Shown here piece after piece: positions 8,769 through 18,410 of a DNA stretch of 64,000 bases. Source of the stretch: an uncultured delta proteobacterium (GTDB taxonomy: Bacteria; Myxococcota; Myxococcia; Myxococcales; Anaeromyxobacteraceae); contig CAWFDF010000013.1 in NCBI GenBank assembly GCA_963814585.1, positions 91,946 through 155,945 of the forward strand, written 5' to 3'. The notes beneath the pieces were generated by a model, which had not been told where the DNA came from, made no database searches, and worked only from the letters and a program-made list of their open reading frames with translations. Position 1 is the stretch's first letter, and every line of letters begins with the position of its first letter. The translations under genes and the position numbers were made by a program.

Positions 8769-10655
8769 GTGCCGCGCATCCTGCTCGCCGAGGCGCACGC
8801 CTCGACCCGCGAGATCATCCAGAAGAGGCTCGTTGACTCCGGGTTCGAAGTGTCGATCTCCGACACCTGCGAGGCCGCGCCGGAGCTCTACGCCGCCCAG
8901 CGCCCCGATGCCGTGGTGCTGGCCGTGACCTCGGAGGGGGCGCCCGAGGCGGCGCGCCGCCTCCACGAGCTGGACCGGCGCCTGGTGCTGGTGGCGCTCG
9001 ACCACGGCCACCTGGAGGAGCCGCTCGGGGCCGACGCCGTGGAGTCGCTCCGGGCCAACGCCTACGTCGAGACCCCGCTCGGCCGGGAGCTGGCCGACCA
9101 GCTCTCGCTCCTCATCGGTCAGGCCGCCGCCGCCCGCGCCCGGCTCTCGGGCGTGGCCCTGCTCCTGGCCCGTCCACCGGCCGCCGCCGGCGAGGTCAAG
9201 CCCGGCGTGGTGGCGAGGCTCGTCCACCAGATCTGGCGCTCCACCAGCGACGGGGTCCTGGTGCTCGAGGGCGGCGGGCCCGAGCGGCGGATCTTCTTCC
9301 AGCGTGGCTCGCCGGTGGCGGTCGAGTCGTCGGAGCCCGGCGAGGCCCTCTCCGGCTGGTTCGACGCCACCGGGCGGCTCGACGAGGCGGCTCGCGAGGC
9401 CGTCCAGGACGCCGTGGCCGGCGGGCTCTCGGCCGGCGCCGCGCTCATCGCGGCGGGCGTGGTGGAGCCGGGCGAGGGGCTCCTGGCGGCGCTGCGCGCC
9501 CACCTCCGATCGCTGCTGGTCACCGTGGTGGGCGCCTCGAGCGGCCGCTGGCGCTTCCACGTCGGCGACGAGTTCACCGCCCAGCGCCAGACCGTGGAGG
9601 TGCTGCCGCTGGCGCCGCTGCTGGAGGGGGCGCGCGCCCACCTGGACGTGAAGCACTTCGCCGACGCGCTCAAGGCGGTGCTCGACGCCGTTCCCAGCCG
9701 CACCGTCGAGTGCGCCAAGCTCGTCACGCTGGTCGGGCTCGGGGTCTCGGACCAGCGGCTGCTGCAGGCGCTCGACGCGCGGCCCACCACCAGGGCCTTC
9801 CTCGAGGCGCGCAAGGCGGACCTCAAGGAGGCGCTCTCGCTCCTCTGGTTCCTCTCGCTCATCGGCGCGGTGGTCTTCCACGAGCTCAGCGCCGGCCCGG
9901 CCCGGGGGGCTCCTGGTGCGGAGCACGCCGGGCCGAGCCGCCCACCGCTGCCGCCGGACCGAGCCGAGGCGGTCCGGCAGGCGGCGCTGCGCATCCTCCC
10001 GGGCACCTACTTCCACGCGCTCGGCGTCGACATCGCCGCCGACACGGAGGAGGTCGAGCGTGCCTACCGCGAGGTCTCGGGGCGCTTCCACCCCGACGCC
10101 TTCGCCGACTGGGAGGTGGGCGACCTCCACGACCTCCTGCTCTCGGTGCAGGACAAGGTGTCGGCGGCCCAGCGCGTCCTCTCCACCGAGGAGAAGCGGC
10201 GCCAGTACCTCTCCTTCCTGCTGCTCAAGTTCGAGCTGGCCGGGGTGCGCAGCCCCGGGATCGTCCTCGACGCCGAGCTGGCGCTGAAGCGCGGCGAGCG
10301 GGCGCTGCGGGCCCGCCGGGCCGACGACGCGGTCATGGAGCTGCGCCAGGCGGCCGCGCTCAACGCGCGCGAGCCGGAGTACCTGGCCATGCTCGGCTTC
10401 GCGGAGCTGGTGGCGCCCGGCGGCGCCATCGGCGACCGGGCGGAGGCCGCCATCGTCTCCGCGCAAGGGGCCCTGGCGCTCGATCCCGGCCACTCCCGCG
10501 CCCTGGTGGTGCTGGCGCTGGCCGAGGAGGCGGCCGGGCGCCTGGAGGCGGCGCGTGAGGCGGCGCTGCGCGCGCTCCGGGCCCACCCCGGGAGCGAGCT
10601 GGCCCGGCGGGTGCTGGCGCGGGTGGGCCGGCTCGCACCCGCGGGCCGCGCCTGA
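8769..10655 (+). CDS. Myxobacterial multidomain protein: degenerate receiver + DUF4388-like + J-domain + TPR
   Basis: Receiver-like N-terminus (RILLAE...RPDAVVLAV), GVLVLEG..ERRIFFQRG, YFHALGV...RAYREVSGRFHPD, TPR-like helices at the C-terminus. Confidence 0.72.
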   Translation: MPRILLAEAHASTREIIQKRLVDSGFEVSISDTCEAAPELYAAQRPDAVVLAVTSEGAPEAARRLHELDRRLVLVALDHGHLEEPLGADAVESLRANAYVETPLGRELADQLSLLIGQAAAARARLSGVALLLARPPAAAGEVKPGVVARLVHQIWRSTSDGVLVLEGGGPERRIFFQRGSPVAVESSEPGEALSGWFDATGRLDEAAREAVQDAVAGGLSAGAALIAAGVVEPGEGLLAALRAHLRSLLVTVVGASSGRWRFHVGDEFTAQRQTVEVLPLAPLLEGARAHLDVKHFADALKAVLDAVPSRTVECAKLVTLVGLGVSDQRLLQALDARPTTRAFLEARKADLKEALSLLWFLSLIGAVVFHELSAGPARGAPGAEHAGPSRPPLPPDRAEAVRQAALRILPGTYFHALGVDIAADTEEVERAYREVSGRFHPDAFADWEVGDLHDLLLSVQDKVSAAQRVLSTEEKRRQYLSFLLLKFELAGVRSPGIVLDAELALKRGERALRARRADDAVMELRQAAALNAREPEYLAMLGFAELVAPGGAIGDRAEAAIVSAQGALALDPGHSRALVVLALAEEAAGRLEAAREAALRALRAHPGSELARRVLARVGRLAPAGRA

Positions 10656-10690
10656 CCCGGGGGCGGTGGCGCCGCCTCCCGCCCCGCCGA

Positions 10691-11659
10691 TCAGGCCGCC
10701 GGGGCCGGCAGCCCCTGCCCGGCCATCCCGCGGTGGACCACGTCGACCAGCGCGGCGATGAAGTCGGGGCGAGTCCCCAGCGCCGGCACGCGCCGGTAGA
10801 GCACGGCGCCGGCCCTCTCGGCCGCCCCCTTCGCCAGGATGTCCATGTCGTAGAGCGTCTCGAGGTGCTCGGAGACGAAGGCGATGGGGACGGTCACCAC
10901 CGCCCGTCCGGCGGCGTTGGCCTCGAGGAAGTGGACGGTGTCGGGGCCGAGCCAGGCTGCCGGCCCGACCCTCGACTGGAAGGTGATCTGCCAGTCGGTG
11001 ACGCCCGCCCGGCGGGCGGTCTCGCGCGAGGAGATCTCGACGTAGCGCGGATAGGGATCGCCCTTCCTCACCTGGCTCATGGGCAGGCCGTGGGCGCTGA
11101 AGACCACCAGCGCCTTCTCTCGCTGCCCGGCCGGCAGCCCGTCCAGCACCTCGCGCAGCGCGGCCGCCGAGGCGTCGAGGTAGCCGGGGTGGTCGTGCCA
11201 GGTGCAGATCTCCGCCAGCGGCCTCTCCTTCGGCCAGAGCCGGCGCAGCTCGACCAGCGAGCTGAGCGTGGTGGCGTTGGCCCACTGCGGGTAGAGCGGC
11301 AGCGCCACCGCCCGGTCGGCGCCGCGCGCCAGCGCCTCGCGCACCCCCTCGGCGGTGGAGGGATGGCCGCAGCGCATGGCGAGGTGGCAGGCGTAGCCCG
11401 GGCCGAGCGCCGCCTCCAGCGCCCGGGCCTGGGCCTCGGTCCCTGCGACCAGGGGGCTCCCGCCGCCGATGAGGGCGTACTTCGCGGCCGAGGAGGGGGC
11501 CCGCAGCCTGGAGATGAGCCGGGCGACGAGCGGCCGGAAGGGCCCGAACGGCGCCGAGATGAGGAGCGGGTCGCTGAAGAGCTCGAAGAGGTACGGCTCC
11601 ACCTCGGCCAGGCTGCGCGGCCCGCCCAGGTTCATCAGGAAGACCGCGGTGTGGGGCAT
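10691..11659 (-). CDS. hemH: Ferrochelatase
   Basis: LMNLGGP, LPLYPQ, FSAHGLP, FQSRVGPAAWLGP, FVSEHLETLYDMD. Confidence 0.95.
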   Translation of the reverse strand: MPHTAVFLMNLGGPRSLAEVEPYLFELFSDPLLISAPFGPFRPLVARLISRLRAPSSAAKYALIGGGSPLVAGTEAQARALEAALGPGYACHLAMRCGHPSTAEGVREALARGADRAVALPLYPQWANATTLSSLVELRRLWPKERPLAEICTWHDHPGYLDASAAALREVLDGLPAGQREKALVVFSAHGLPMSQVRKGDPYPRYVEISSRETARRAGVTDWQITFQSRVGPAAWLGPDTVHFLEANAAGRAVVTVPIAFVSEHLETLYDMDILAKGAAERAGAVLYRRVPALGTRPDFIAALVDVVHRGMAGQGLPAPAA

Positions 11660-11676
11660 GGTCTCGGGCGCCCCGG

Positions 11677-13053
11677 CTAGACGGTGCGCGAGAAGCGCTT
11701 GGCGGCGTCGCCCTTCTTCAGGAAGGCGTCGAAGAGCATGGCGACGTTGCGGACCAGCAGCTGACCCAGCGGCTTCACGGTGAGGACGCGGCCGTCGAAG
11801 GCGACCAGGCCGTCGGCCACCAGCTCGTCCAGGCCGGCCCCCAGGTCGGCCTCGATGGCGGCCCGCGCCGGCGCACCGAACTCGCGCTCCACCTCGCCGA
11901 GGTCCAGCTTCAGCTGGCACATCACCCGGTTGATGACGAAGCGGCGCAGCACGTCGTCGGCCGTCATGGCCGCGCCCCGCTCCACCGGGATCTGGCCGGC
12001 CTCCACCGCCGCCTCCCAGTCCTTCAGCTTGTGGGGGTTCTGCCCGTAGGCCCCGCCCACGTCGGAGATGGAGGAGACGCCGAAGGCCAGGGTGTCGTCG
12101 GCCGGCCGCACCGTGTAGCCCTGGAAGTTGCGGAACATGGTGCCGGCCGCCTGCGCCTTCGCCAGCTCGTCGCGCTCCTGGGCGAAGTGGTCGAGGCCGA
12201 TGAGCCGGTAGCCGTCGCCGGTGAAGGCCTCCACCGTCTGGAGGAACTGGCGGACGCGGGCCTCGGGGTCGGGCAGCGCCTCCTTGGGCAGGAGGTTCTG
12301 GTGCGGCTTGAACCACGGGGTGTAGGCGAAGCCGAAGACCGCCATCCGGTCGGGGCGCATCGCCAGGATGCGGCGCAGCGTGTCGGCCCAGCTCTCCGGG
12401 GTCTGGTAGGGCAGGCCGTAGATCAGGTCGAGGTTGACGCCGTGGTACCCGCTGGCTCGCGCCGCCTCGACGAGATCGGCGGTCTCCTGCTCCCCCTGGA
12501 TGCGGCCGACCGTCTCCTGCACCTTCGGGTCGAAGTCCTGCACCCCCATGGAGATGCGGTTGAAGCCGAGCTTGGCCAGCGTCTCGACCTGCGAGCGGGT
12601 GGTGATGGCCGGGTCGATCTCGACGGCCAGCTCGGCGTCGGGAAGGAACTCGAAGTGGCGTGCCAGGATGGCGTGGCAGCGGGTCAGCTGCCTCTCGTCG
12701 AGGAAGGTGGGGGTGCCGCCGCCCCAGTGGAGCTGCGAGACCTTGCGCCGGGTCGGCAGGTGGGCCGTCACCAGCGCCACCTCCTTCTCCAGCACGTCCA
12801 GGTAGGCGTCGGCGCGGCTGCGATCGTGGGTGGCGACGACGTTGCAGCCGCAGAAGCGGCACATCTCCCGGCAGAACGGCAGGTGCACGTAGATGGAGAG
12901 CGGCCCGCCCGCCGCCTCGGCCCGCTTCAGGTGCTCGACGTAGCGCGGCGCCTTGAAGTCCTCCTTCCACTCCGGCGCGGTCGGGTAGCTGGTGTAGCGC
13001 GGCCCCGGCCGGTCGTACTTCTTGATCAGGTCCCAGGAAGGTATCTGCAGCAC
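11677..13053 (-). CDS. hemN: Oxygen-independent coproporphyrinogen III oxidase (radical SAM)
   Basis: GPRYTSYPTA, YVHLPFCREMCRFCGC, HWGGGTPT, RNFQGY. Confidence 0.95.
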   Translation of the reverse strand: MLQIPSWDLIKKYDRPGPRYTSYPTAPEWKEDFKAPRYVEHLKRAEAAGGPLSIYVHLPFCREMCRFCGCNVVATHDRSRADAYLDVLEKEVALVTAHLPTRRKVSQLHWGGGTPTFLDERQLTRCHAILARHFEFLPDAELAVEIDPAITTRSQVETLAKLGFNRISMGVQDFDPKVQETVGRIQGEQETADLVEAARASGYHGVNLDLIYGLPYQTPESWADTLRRILAMRPDRMAVFGFAYTPWFKPHQNLLPKEALPDPEARVRQFLQTVEAFTGDGYRLIGLDHFAQERDELAKAQAAGTMFRNFQGYTVRPADDTLAFGVSSISDVGGAYGQNPHKLKDWEAAVEAGQIPVERGAAMTADDVLRRFVINRVMCQLKLDLGEVEREFGAPARAAIEADLGAGLDELVADGLVAFDGRVLTVKPLGQLLVRNVAMLFDAFLKKGDAAKRFSRTV

Positions 13054-13060
13054 GGCGACC

Positions 13061-14107
13061 TCACTTCCAGCGGTAGGCGTGGACGGCCTCGACCACCGCC
13101 TTGACGTTCTCGGGCGGCGTCCCCACCTGGATGCCGTGGCCCAGGTTGAAGATGTAACCGGGGGCCGGGCCGGCCGCCTTGCAGATGCCGAGCGCCTTCC
13201 GGACGCTCGCCTCGGCCGAGCTGAGCATGACCGTCGAGTCGAGGTTGCCCTGCACCGCCACGCCGGGGATGCGGCGGCGCGCCTCGTCGATGGGGATGCG
13301 CCAGTCGACCGAGACCACGTCGAAGCCGAGCTGGGCGATCCGCTCGAGGTGGCCGGAGAGCCCGGTGCCGAAGAAGATGGACGGCACGCCCGCCTTCCTC
13401 ACCGCCTCGGCGATGCGGACCAGGTAGGGGAAGGAGAACGCCTCGAGGTCCTCGCGGTCCAGCTCGCCGAGCCAGCTCTCGAAGATCTGGGCGGCGTGGG
13501 CGCCGGCGGCGATCTGCTCCTCGATCTGGACGATGGCGGCCCGGGTGAGCTTCTCGAAGAGGGCGTGGGCGGCCGCCGGATCGGCGTAGAGCATGGTCTT
13601 GAGGCGCGTGAACCCCTGGCTGCCCCCCTCGACCACGTAGCTGGCCACCGTGAAGGGCCCACCCACGAAGCCGATGAGCGGGACCCGCCCGGCCAGCCCG
13701 GCGTTGATGGCGCGGATCCCGTCGAGCACGTACTTGAGGTCGCGGGTCGGCACCGGGACCTTGAGGGCGTCGACGTCGGCGCGGGTGCGGACCGGGTTGG
13801 CGATCTTCGGCCCGCCGTCGCCCTTGCCCTTCTCGCCCTTCTCGAAGGTGAGGTCGAGCCCCATGGCCGGGAGGTGGACCAGGATGTCGGAGAAGAGGAT
13901 CGCGGCGTCGAAGCCGAACTCGTCGATGGGCGCGCAGGTCACCTGCGCGATCAGCTCGGGGGAGCGACAGAGCTCGAGGAAGCCGACCTGCTGGCGGACG
14001 GCCCGGTAGCTCGGCTGGTAGCGGCCGGCCTGGCGCATCATCCAGACGGGCAGGCGGTCGACGGGGCGGCGGTGGCAGGCCTCGAGGAAGCGGTGGGTGG
14101 CGGGCAT
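13061..14107 (-). CDS. hemE: Uroporphyrinogen decarboxylase
   Basis: PVWMMRQAGRY, AAILFSDIL, QGNLD, IFNLGHGI. Confidence 0.97.
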   Translation of the reverse strand: MPATHRFLEACHRRPVDRLPVWMMRQAGRYQPSYRAVRQQVGFLELCRSPELIAQVTCAPIDEFGFDAAILFSDILVHLPAMGLDLTFEKGEKGKGDGGPKIANPVRTRADVDALKVPVPTRDLKYVLDGIRAINAGLAGRVPLIGFVGGPFTVASYVVEGGSQGFTRLKTMLYADPAAAHALFEKLTRAAIVQIEEQIAAGAHAAQIFESWLGELDREDLEAFSFPYLVRIAEAVRKAGVPSIFFGTGLSGHLERIAQLGFDVVSVDWRIPIDEARRRIPGVAVQGNLDSTVMLSSAEASVRKALGICKAAGPAPGYIFNLGHGIQVGTPPENVKAVVEAVHAYRWK

Positions 14108-14295
14108 AGAGGGGGCGCATCTTAGTCGAAGGGGGGAGGAAGGGAATACCCGTCTGGGGCGGAAATGGCGTGGGGCAAGGCTGCACGGAGTCCGCGAGAG
14201 GCAGCGCTGGGCCCCACGCAGGGCCGAGCCACCCCGGCCCGGCTCCAGGCCCCGCGGGAGGGCCCCGGGGCCGGCAGCGCGTGGCGGCCGTGGGC

Positions 14296-14610
14296 TCAGC
14301 GGTCCGGATCGAGCGCCGCCACCACCGCCGCCGCCGCCACGCCCGCCACCCGCACCGACTTGCGCCGGCCGGTCTCGCCGCGCAGCACCGCCACATCCGC
14401 CTTCTTCACCCGGAGCGCGCCGGCCAGGAACTCCACCAGCGCGGCGTTGGCCTCGCCGTCCACCGGCGGCGCCGCCAGCTGCACCCTGAGCCGCCCATCG
14501 TGCTCCCCGACGACGCGGGTCCGGGAGGCGCGCGGCTGGATGAGCAGCTCGAGCGTCACCGCCCCGCCCTGGGCCCGGAGCCAGGCCGGGAGGGCCCCTG
14601 CCCCGGCCAT
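14296..14610 (-). CDS. DUF167 / YggU-family protein
   Basis: [27 protein letters not shown]. Confidence 0.88.
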   Translation of the reverse strand: MAGAGALPAWLRAQGGAVTLELLIQPRASRTRVVGEHDGRLRVQLAAPPVDGEANAALVEFLAGALRVKKADVAVLRGETGRRKSVRVAGVAAAAVVAALDPDR

Positions 14611-14626
14611 CAGGGCCTCACCCCGG

Positions 14627-15433
14627 TCACTCCCGCAGCCCCACCACGGCGATCCCCGCCTGGTCGGCCAGCCGGACCAGCTCGTCGGGGTCCATGACCA
14701 GCGTGGCGCCGGCCTCGACCGCCAGCACCCGGCAGCCCGACTTCCTCATCGACTCGATGGTCTCCGGCCCGACCGCCGGCAGGTCGAAGCGCCGGTCCTG
14801 CTGCGGCTTGACCGCCTTGACCACCACGGCGCCGCCCTTGGCCAGCTCGCCGCCGCGCTGGATGCAGGCGTCGGTCCCCTCCAGGGCCTCCACCGCCACG
14901 CCCACCCGCTCCTTCACCACCACCGTCTGGCCCAGGTCGAGCCGGCCGATCGAGCGGGCCAGCTCCAGCCCGTAGCGGGCGTCGGCCCACTCGGCCTCGG
15001 TCGGCCGGTGGCGTCCCAGCACCCCCTCGCGGGCCAGCGCCTCGCCGAGGAAGGGCGTCGGGTCGATCACCGGCATGCCGCGCTCCTCCAGCAAGCCGGC
15101 CACCATGCGCAGCATGGTGTCGTCGGAGCGGATGGCCGCCCTGGCCAGCAGCTCGAGCCCGACGGCGTCGGGGAGGGCGTCCACGAAGAAGCGCTTCTTG
15201 GTGATGGCGCCGAGCATCACCGTCTGGGTGGCCCCGCCGCCTCGCAGCGCCTCGACGATGGCGCCGACCTGGCCCAGCTTCACCCAGGTGATGGCGTCGA
15301 CGTGGCGCTCCAGCGACCGGTCGGTCTGGTTGACGTGGGCCACCGCCACCACCCGGTGGCCGGCGCGATGGGCCGCCTTCGAGAAGAGGGCCGGGAAGCC
15401 CCCACTCCCCGCGATCAGGCCGATGGTCGCCAT
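14627..15433 (-). CDS. lpxI: UDP-2,3-diacylglucosamine pyrophosphatase LpxI
   Basis: [41 protein letters not shown]; follows lpxA. Confidence 0.9.
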   Translation of the reverse strand: MATIGLIAGSGGFPALFSKAAHRAGHRVVAVAHVNQTDRSLERHVDAITWVKLGQVGAIVEALRGGGATQTVMLGAITKKRFFVDALPDAVGLELLARAAIRSDDTMLRMVAGLLEERGMPVIDPTPFLGEALAREGVLGRHRPTEAEWADARYGLELARSIGRLDLGQTVVVKERVGVAVEALEGTDACIQRGGELAKGGAVVVKAVKPQQDRRFDLPAVGPETIESMRKSGCRVLAVEAGATLVMDPDELVRLADQAGIAVVGLRE

Positions 15434-15441
15434 GGCGGGGC

Positions 15442-16215
15442 CTACCGCGTGATGCCGCGCTTCGTCCCCTCGATGAAGGCGACCAGGTGCGCCACCTCGG
15501 GGTGCTGGCCGAGCTCGCCCTTGAGCTGGGCCAGCGCCTCGGCGGCCTGCAGCCCCGAGCGGAAGTAGATCTTGAAGGCCTGCTTGACCCGCCCCACTTG
15601 GTCCTCGGTCATCCCCGAGCGCTGCAGGCCGATGACGTTCAGGCCGGACAGCTCGCCGCGGGCGCCGTTGACCATGCAGTACGGGGCCACGTCCATGGCC
15701 ACCCCGGTCATGCCGCCGATGAAGGCGAGGCGGCCGACGCGCGAGAACTGGTGGGCCGCCGAGAGCCCGCCGAAGTGGACGTGGTCCTCGAGGACGACGT
15801 GCCCGGCCAGCGCCACCGAGTTGGCGATGATGGCGCCGTCGCCGATGACGCAGTCGTGGCCGACGTGGCTGTTGGCCATGAAGAGGCAGCCGTTGCCGAT
15901 GCGGGTGACGGCCCGGTCCTGGGCCGTGCCGGCGTTGATGGTGACGAACTCGCGGAAGGTGTTGTCGTCGCCGATGACGGTCTCGGTCGGCTCGCCCCGG
16001 TACTTGAGGTCCTGGGGGATGCCTCCGACCACGGCGTGGGAGAAGACCTTGTTGCGCGCACCCAGCGTGGTCCGTCCGGTGACGATCCCGTGCGGCGCCA
16101 CGGTGCAGCCGGGGCCCATCCGCACGTGGGGCCCGATCCAGGCGAAGGGGCCGATCTCGCAGCTCGCATCGACCTGCGCGCCCGGCTCGACGATGGCGGC
16201 GTGGTGGGTGGCCAT
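15442..16215 (-). CDS. lpxA: UDP-N-acetylglucosamine O-acyltransferase
   Basis: PQDLKYRGE, FREFVTINAGT, SHVGHDC, LAGHV, HQF. Confidence 0.96.
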   Translation of the reverse strand: MATHHAAIVEPGAQVDASCEIGPFAWIGPHVRMGPGCTVAPHGIVTGRTTLGARNKVFSHAVVGGIPQDLKYRGEPTETVIGDDNTFREFVTINAGTAQDRAVTRIGNGCLFMANSHVGHDCVIGDGAIIANSVALAGHVVLEDHVHFGGLSAAHQFSRVGRLAFIGGMTGVAMDVAPYCMVNGARGELSGLNVIGLQRSGMTEDQVGRVKQAFKIYFRSGLQAAEALAQLKGELGQHPEVAHLVAFIEGTKRGITR

Positions 16216-16227
16216 GTGGTCTCCAGC

Positions 16228-16704
16228 CTACGCCCCGGCTTCCCGGTCGGCGAGCATGGCCATGAAGTCCCCACCGGCCACCTCCTGCCCGTCGACCAGC
16301 GCCTTGCCGCTCATCTTCCAGACCGGTCCCTTCCTCCGGTCGATGGTGACCACCAGCTCGACCCGGTCCCCCGGGACCACCGGCTTGCGGAAGCGGGCCC
16401 CGTCGATGCCCATCAGGTAGGTCACCTTGCTCCGCACCTCCTCGGGTGGCAGCGAGAGGATGGCCAGCAGCCCGCAGGCCTGGGCCAGCGCCTCGAGGAT
16501 CAGCACCCCGGGCATGACCGGGTGGCCAGGGAAGTGGCCGACGAAGTGGGGCTCGTTCATGGTCACCGCCTTGATGGCGGTGAGCGTGACGTTGGGGGTC
16601 CAGGACGTGACCCGGTCCACCAGCAGGAAGGGTGGCCGGTGTGGCAGCAGCCGGGAGATGGCCTCGACGTCGAGCTGCTGCCCGTGAACGGTCTCTGTGC
16701 TCAT
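16228..16704 (-). CDS. fabZ: 3-hydroxyacyl-ACP dehydratase
   Basis: [33 protein letters not shown]. Confidence 0.96.
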   Translation of the reverse strand: MSTETVHGQQLDVEAISRLLPHRPPFLLVDRVTSWTPNVTLTAIKAVTMNEPHFVGHFPGHPVMPGVLILEALAQACGLLAILSLPPEEVRSKVTYLMGIDGARFRKPVVPGDRVELVVTIDRRKGPVWKMSGKALVDGQEVAGGDFMAMLADREAGA

Positions 16705-17765
16705 GCCTTCTCCTTGTCACCACCGCCGTCGAGCCTGGCCAGCCGGCGCTTGAGGTCGATGATCGTGTGCCTCATCTCGCCGAGCCGCTCCACGGCGAGC
16801 TGGGCGCGCAGCCAGGCCCGCTCGTCGGTGGACGGGACCCCGGCCACCCGCTCCCCGGGCTTGAGGTCGCGCATCACCCCCGACTTCGCCGCGATGTTGA
16901 CGCGGTCGCCGATGTCGAGGTGGCCGGTCAGGCCGGCCTGACCCCAGATCACCACCCCCATGCCGAGGCGGGTCGACCCGGCGATGCCGACGCCGGACGC
17001 GATGATGCAGAGCGGCCCCATGGTGACGCCGTGGCCGACCTGCACCAGGTTGTCCAGCTTGCTGCCGCGGCCGATGCGGGTGACGCCGAGGGCGGCCCGG
17101 TCCACGCAGGAGTTGGCGCCGATCTCGACGTCGTCCTCGACGACCACGACGCCGGCCTGGGGGATCTTGAAGTGGCGCGGCCCGGCCCCCTCGCCCACCA
17201 TGTCGGTGGCGAAGCCGAAGCCGTCGCCGCCGAGGACCACGCCCGGCTGGAGGATGACCCGGTCGCCGACCACGCAGCGCTCGCGCACCACGACGTTGGA
17301 GTGGAGCAGGCAGTCGGCGCCGACGCGGACGTCGGCCCCGAGCTGCACCCCGGGGCTGAGGATGGAGCGCGGCCCGACCACGGCCCGGGCGCCGACCGAC
17401 GCCAGCGGGCCGACCTGCGCCGACGGGTCGACCGTCGCCGTCGGGTCGACGGCCGCCTGGGGCGAGATCCCGGGCACCGCCACCGGCGGCGGATGGAACA
17501 GGGTGGAGAGCTTGGCGAAGGCCAGGTAGGGGTTGTCCGAGCGCACCACGCAGCGCCCCGGGACCACCTCCGTGTCCTTGCCCACCAGCACCGCGCCGGC
17601 CCTGGAGGCCTCGAAGGCGGCGCGGTACCGGGCGTTGGCGAGGAAGGAGATCTGGCCGGGGCCGGCCTCCTCGAGAGGGGCCACCCCGGAGACGAGGAGC
17701 GACCCGTCTCCGAGGACCTCGCCACCGACCAGCGCGGCGAGCTCGGCCAGGGTGCGGGTGGCCAT
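16701..17765 (-). CDS. lpxD: UDP-3-O-(3-hydroxymyristoyl)glucosamine N-acyltransferase
   Basis: GDGFGF, KIPQAG, DDVEIGANSCVDR, KLDNLVQVGH. Confidence 0.96.
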   Translation of the reverse strand: MATRTLAELAALVGGEVLGDGSLLVSGVAPLEEAGPGQISFLANARYRAAFEASRAGAVLVGKDTEVVPGRCVVRSDNPYLAFAKLSTLFHPPPVAVPGISPQAAVDPTATVDPSAQVGPLASVGARAVVGPRSILSPGVQLGADVRVGADCLLHSNVVVRERCVVGDRVILQPGVVLGGDGFGFATDMVGEGAGPRHFKIPQAGVVVVEDDVEIGANSCVDRAALGVTRIGRGSKLDNLVQVGHGVTMGPLCIIASGVGIAGSTRLGMGVVIWGQAGLTGHLDIGDRVNIAAKSGVMRDLKPGERVAGVPSTDERAWLRAQLAVERLGEMRHTIIDLKRRLARLDGGGDKEKA

Positions 17766-17774
17766 GGCCGGGTC

Positions 17775-18389
17775 CTACTTCTTGGCCGGGGCCGCGGTCG
17801 GAGCCGGGGCCGGCGCCGCGTCCTTCTTGGTGGGCGCCGGCGCGTCGGCCTTCTTGGCCGGGGCGGCGGCGGCCTTCCCGGCGCCGTAGCGGGCGTTGTA
17901 CTTGCGGACCAGCTCGTTGGTGACGTCGAGCGAGGGCGGCGCGTAGAGGACGGTGTTGCGATCGAGCACCATGGTGAAGGCCTCGGCCTCGGCCAGCTCG
18001 CGGACCATCCCCACCATCTTGTCGAAGATGCCGCGGGTCACCTCGCGCTCCTTGCCGGCCAGCTCCTGCTGCAGGCCCACGAAGAACTGCTGGACCTCGG
18101 CCTTCTTGCGCTCGATCTCGGCCGCCTTCGACGCCTTGGCGTCCGGGGCCATGACCAGGGCCTGCTTCTGGAAGTCGGCGTCCAGCCGCTTCACCTCGTC
18201 GGTCCGCTGATCGAGCTTCTTCTGCATCTCGTCGAACTCCTTCTTGAGCTGGGCCTTGGCGGCCTTGCCCTCGTCGATCTCCTCGAGGGCCCGCTGCAGG
18301 TCGACGTAGCCGAGCTTGGGGTCGGCGGCGCTGGCCGCCAGCGGGGCGAGGGCCAGGGCGAGGGCGGCGATGCGAACGGTGACGGACAT
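17775..18389 (-). CDS. skp: OmpH/Skp periplasmic chaperone
   Basis: Signal peptide, KLGYVDLQRAL, long helices, LDVTNEL; between bamA and lpxD. Confidence 0.9.
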   Translation of the reverse strand: MSVTVRIAALALALAPLAASAADPKLGYVDLQRALEEIDEGKAAKAQLKKEFDEMQKKLDQRTDEVKRLDADFQKQALVMAPDAKASKAAEIERKKAEVQQFFVGLQQELAGKEREVTRGIFDKMVGMVRELAEAEAFTMVLDRNTVLYAPPSLDVTNELVRKYNARYGAGKAAAAPAKKADAPAPTKKDAAPAPAPTAAPAKK

Positions 18390-18410
18390 GGGTTCCTCCT
18401 GAACCTGTGG

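Noticed and set aside
14170..14295. Riboswitch upstream of hemE
   Set aside because: Only weak GC-rich hairpins; no recognisable aptamer consensus
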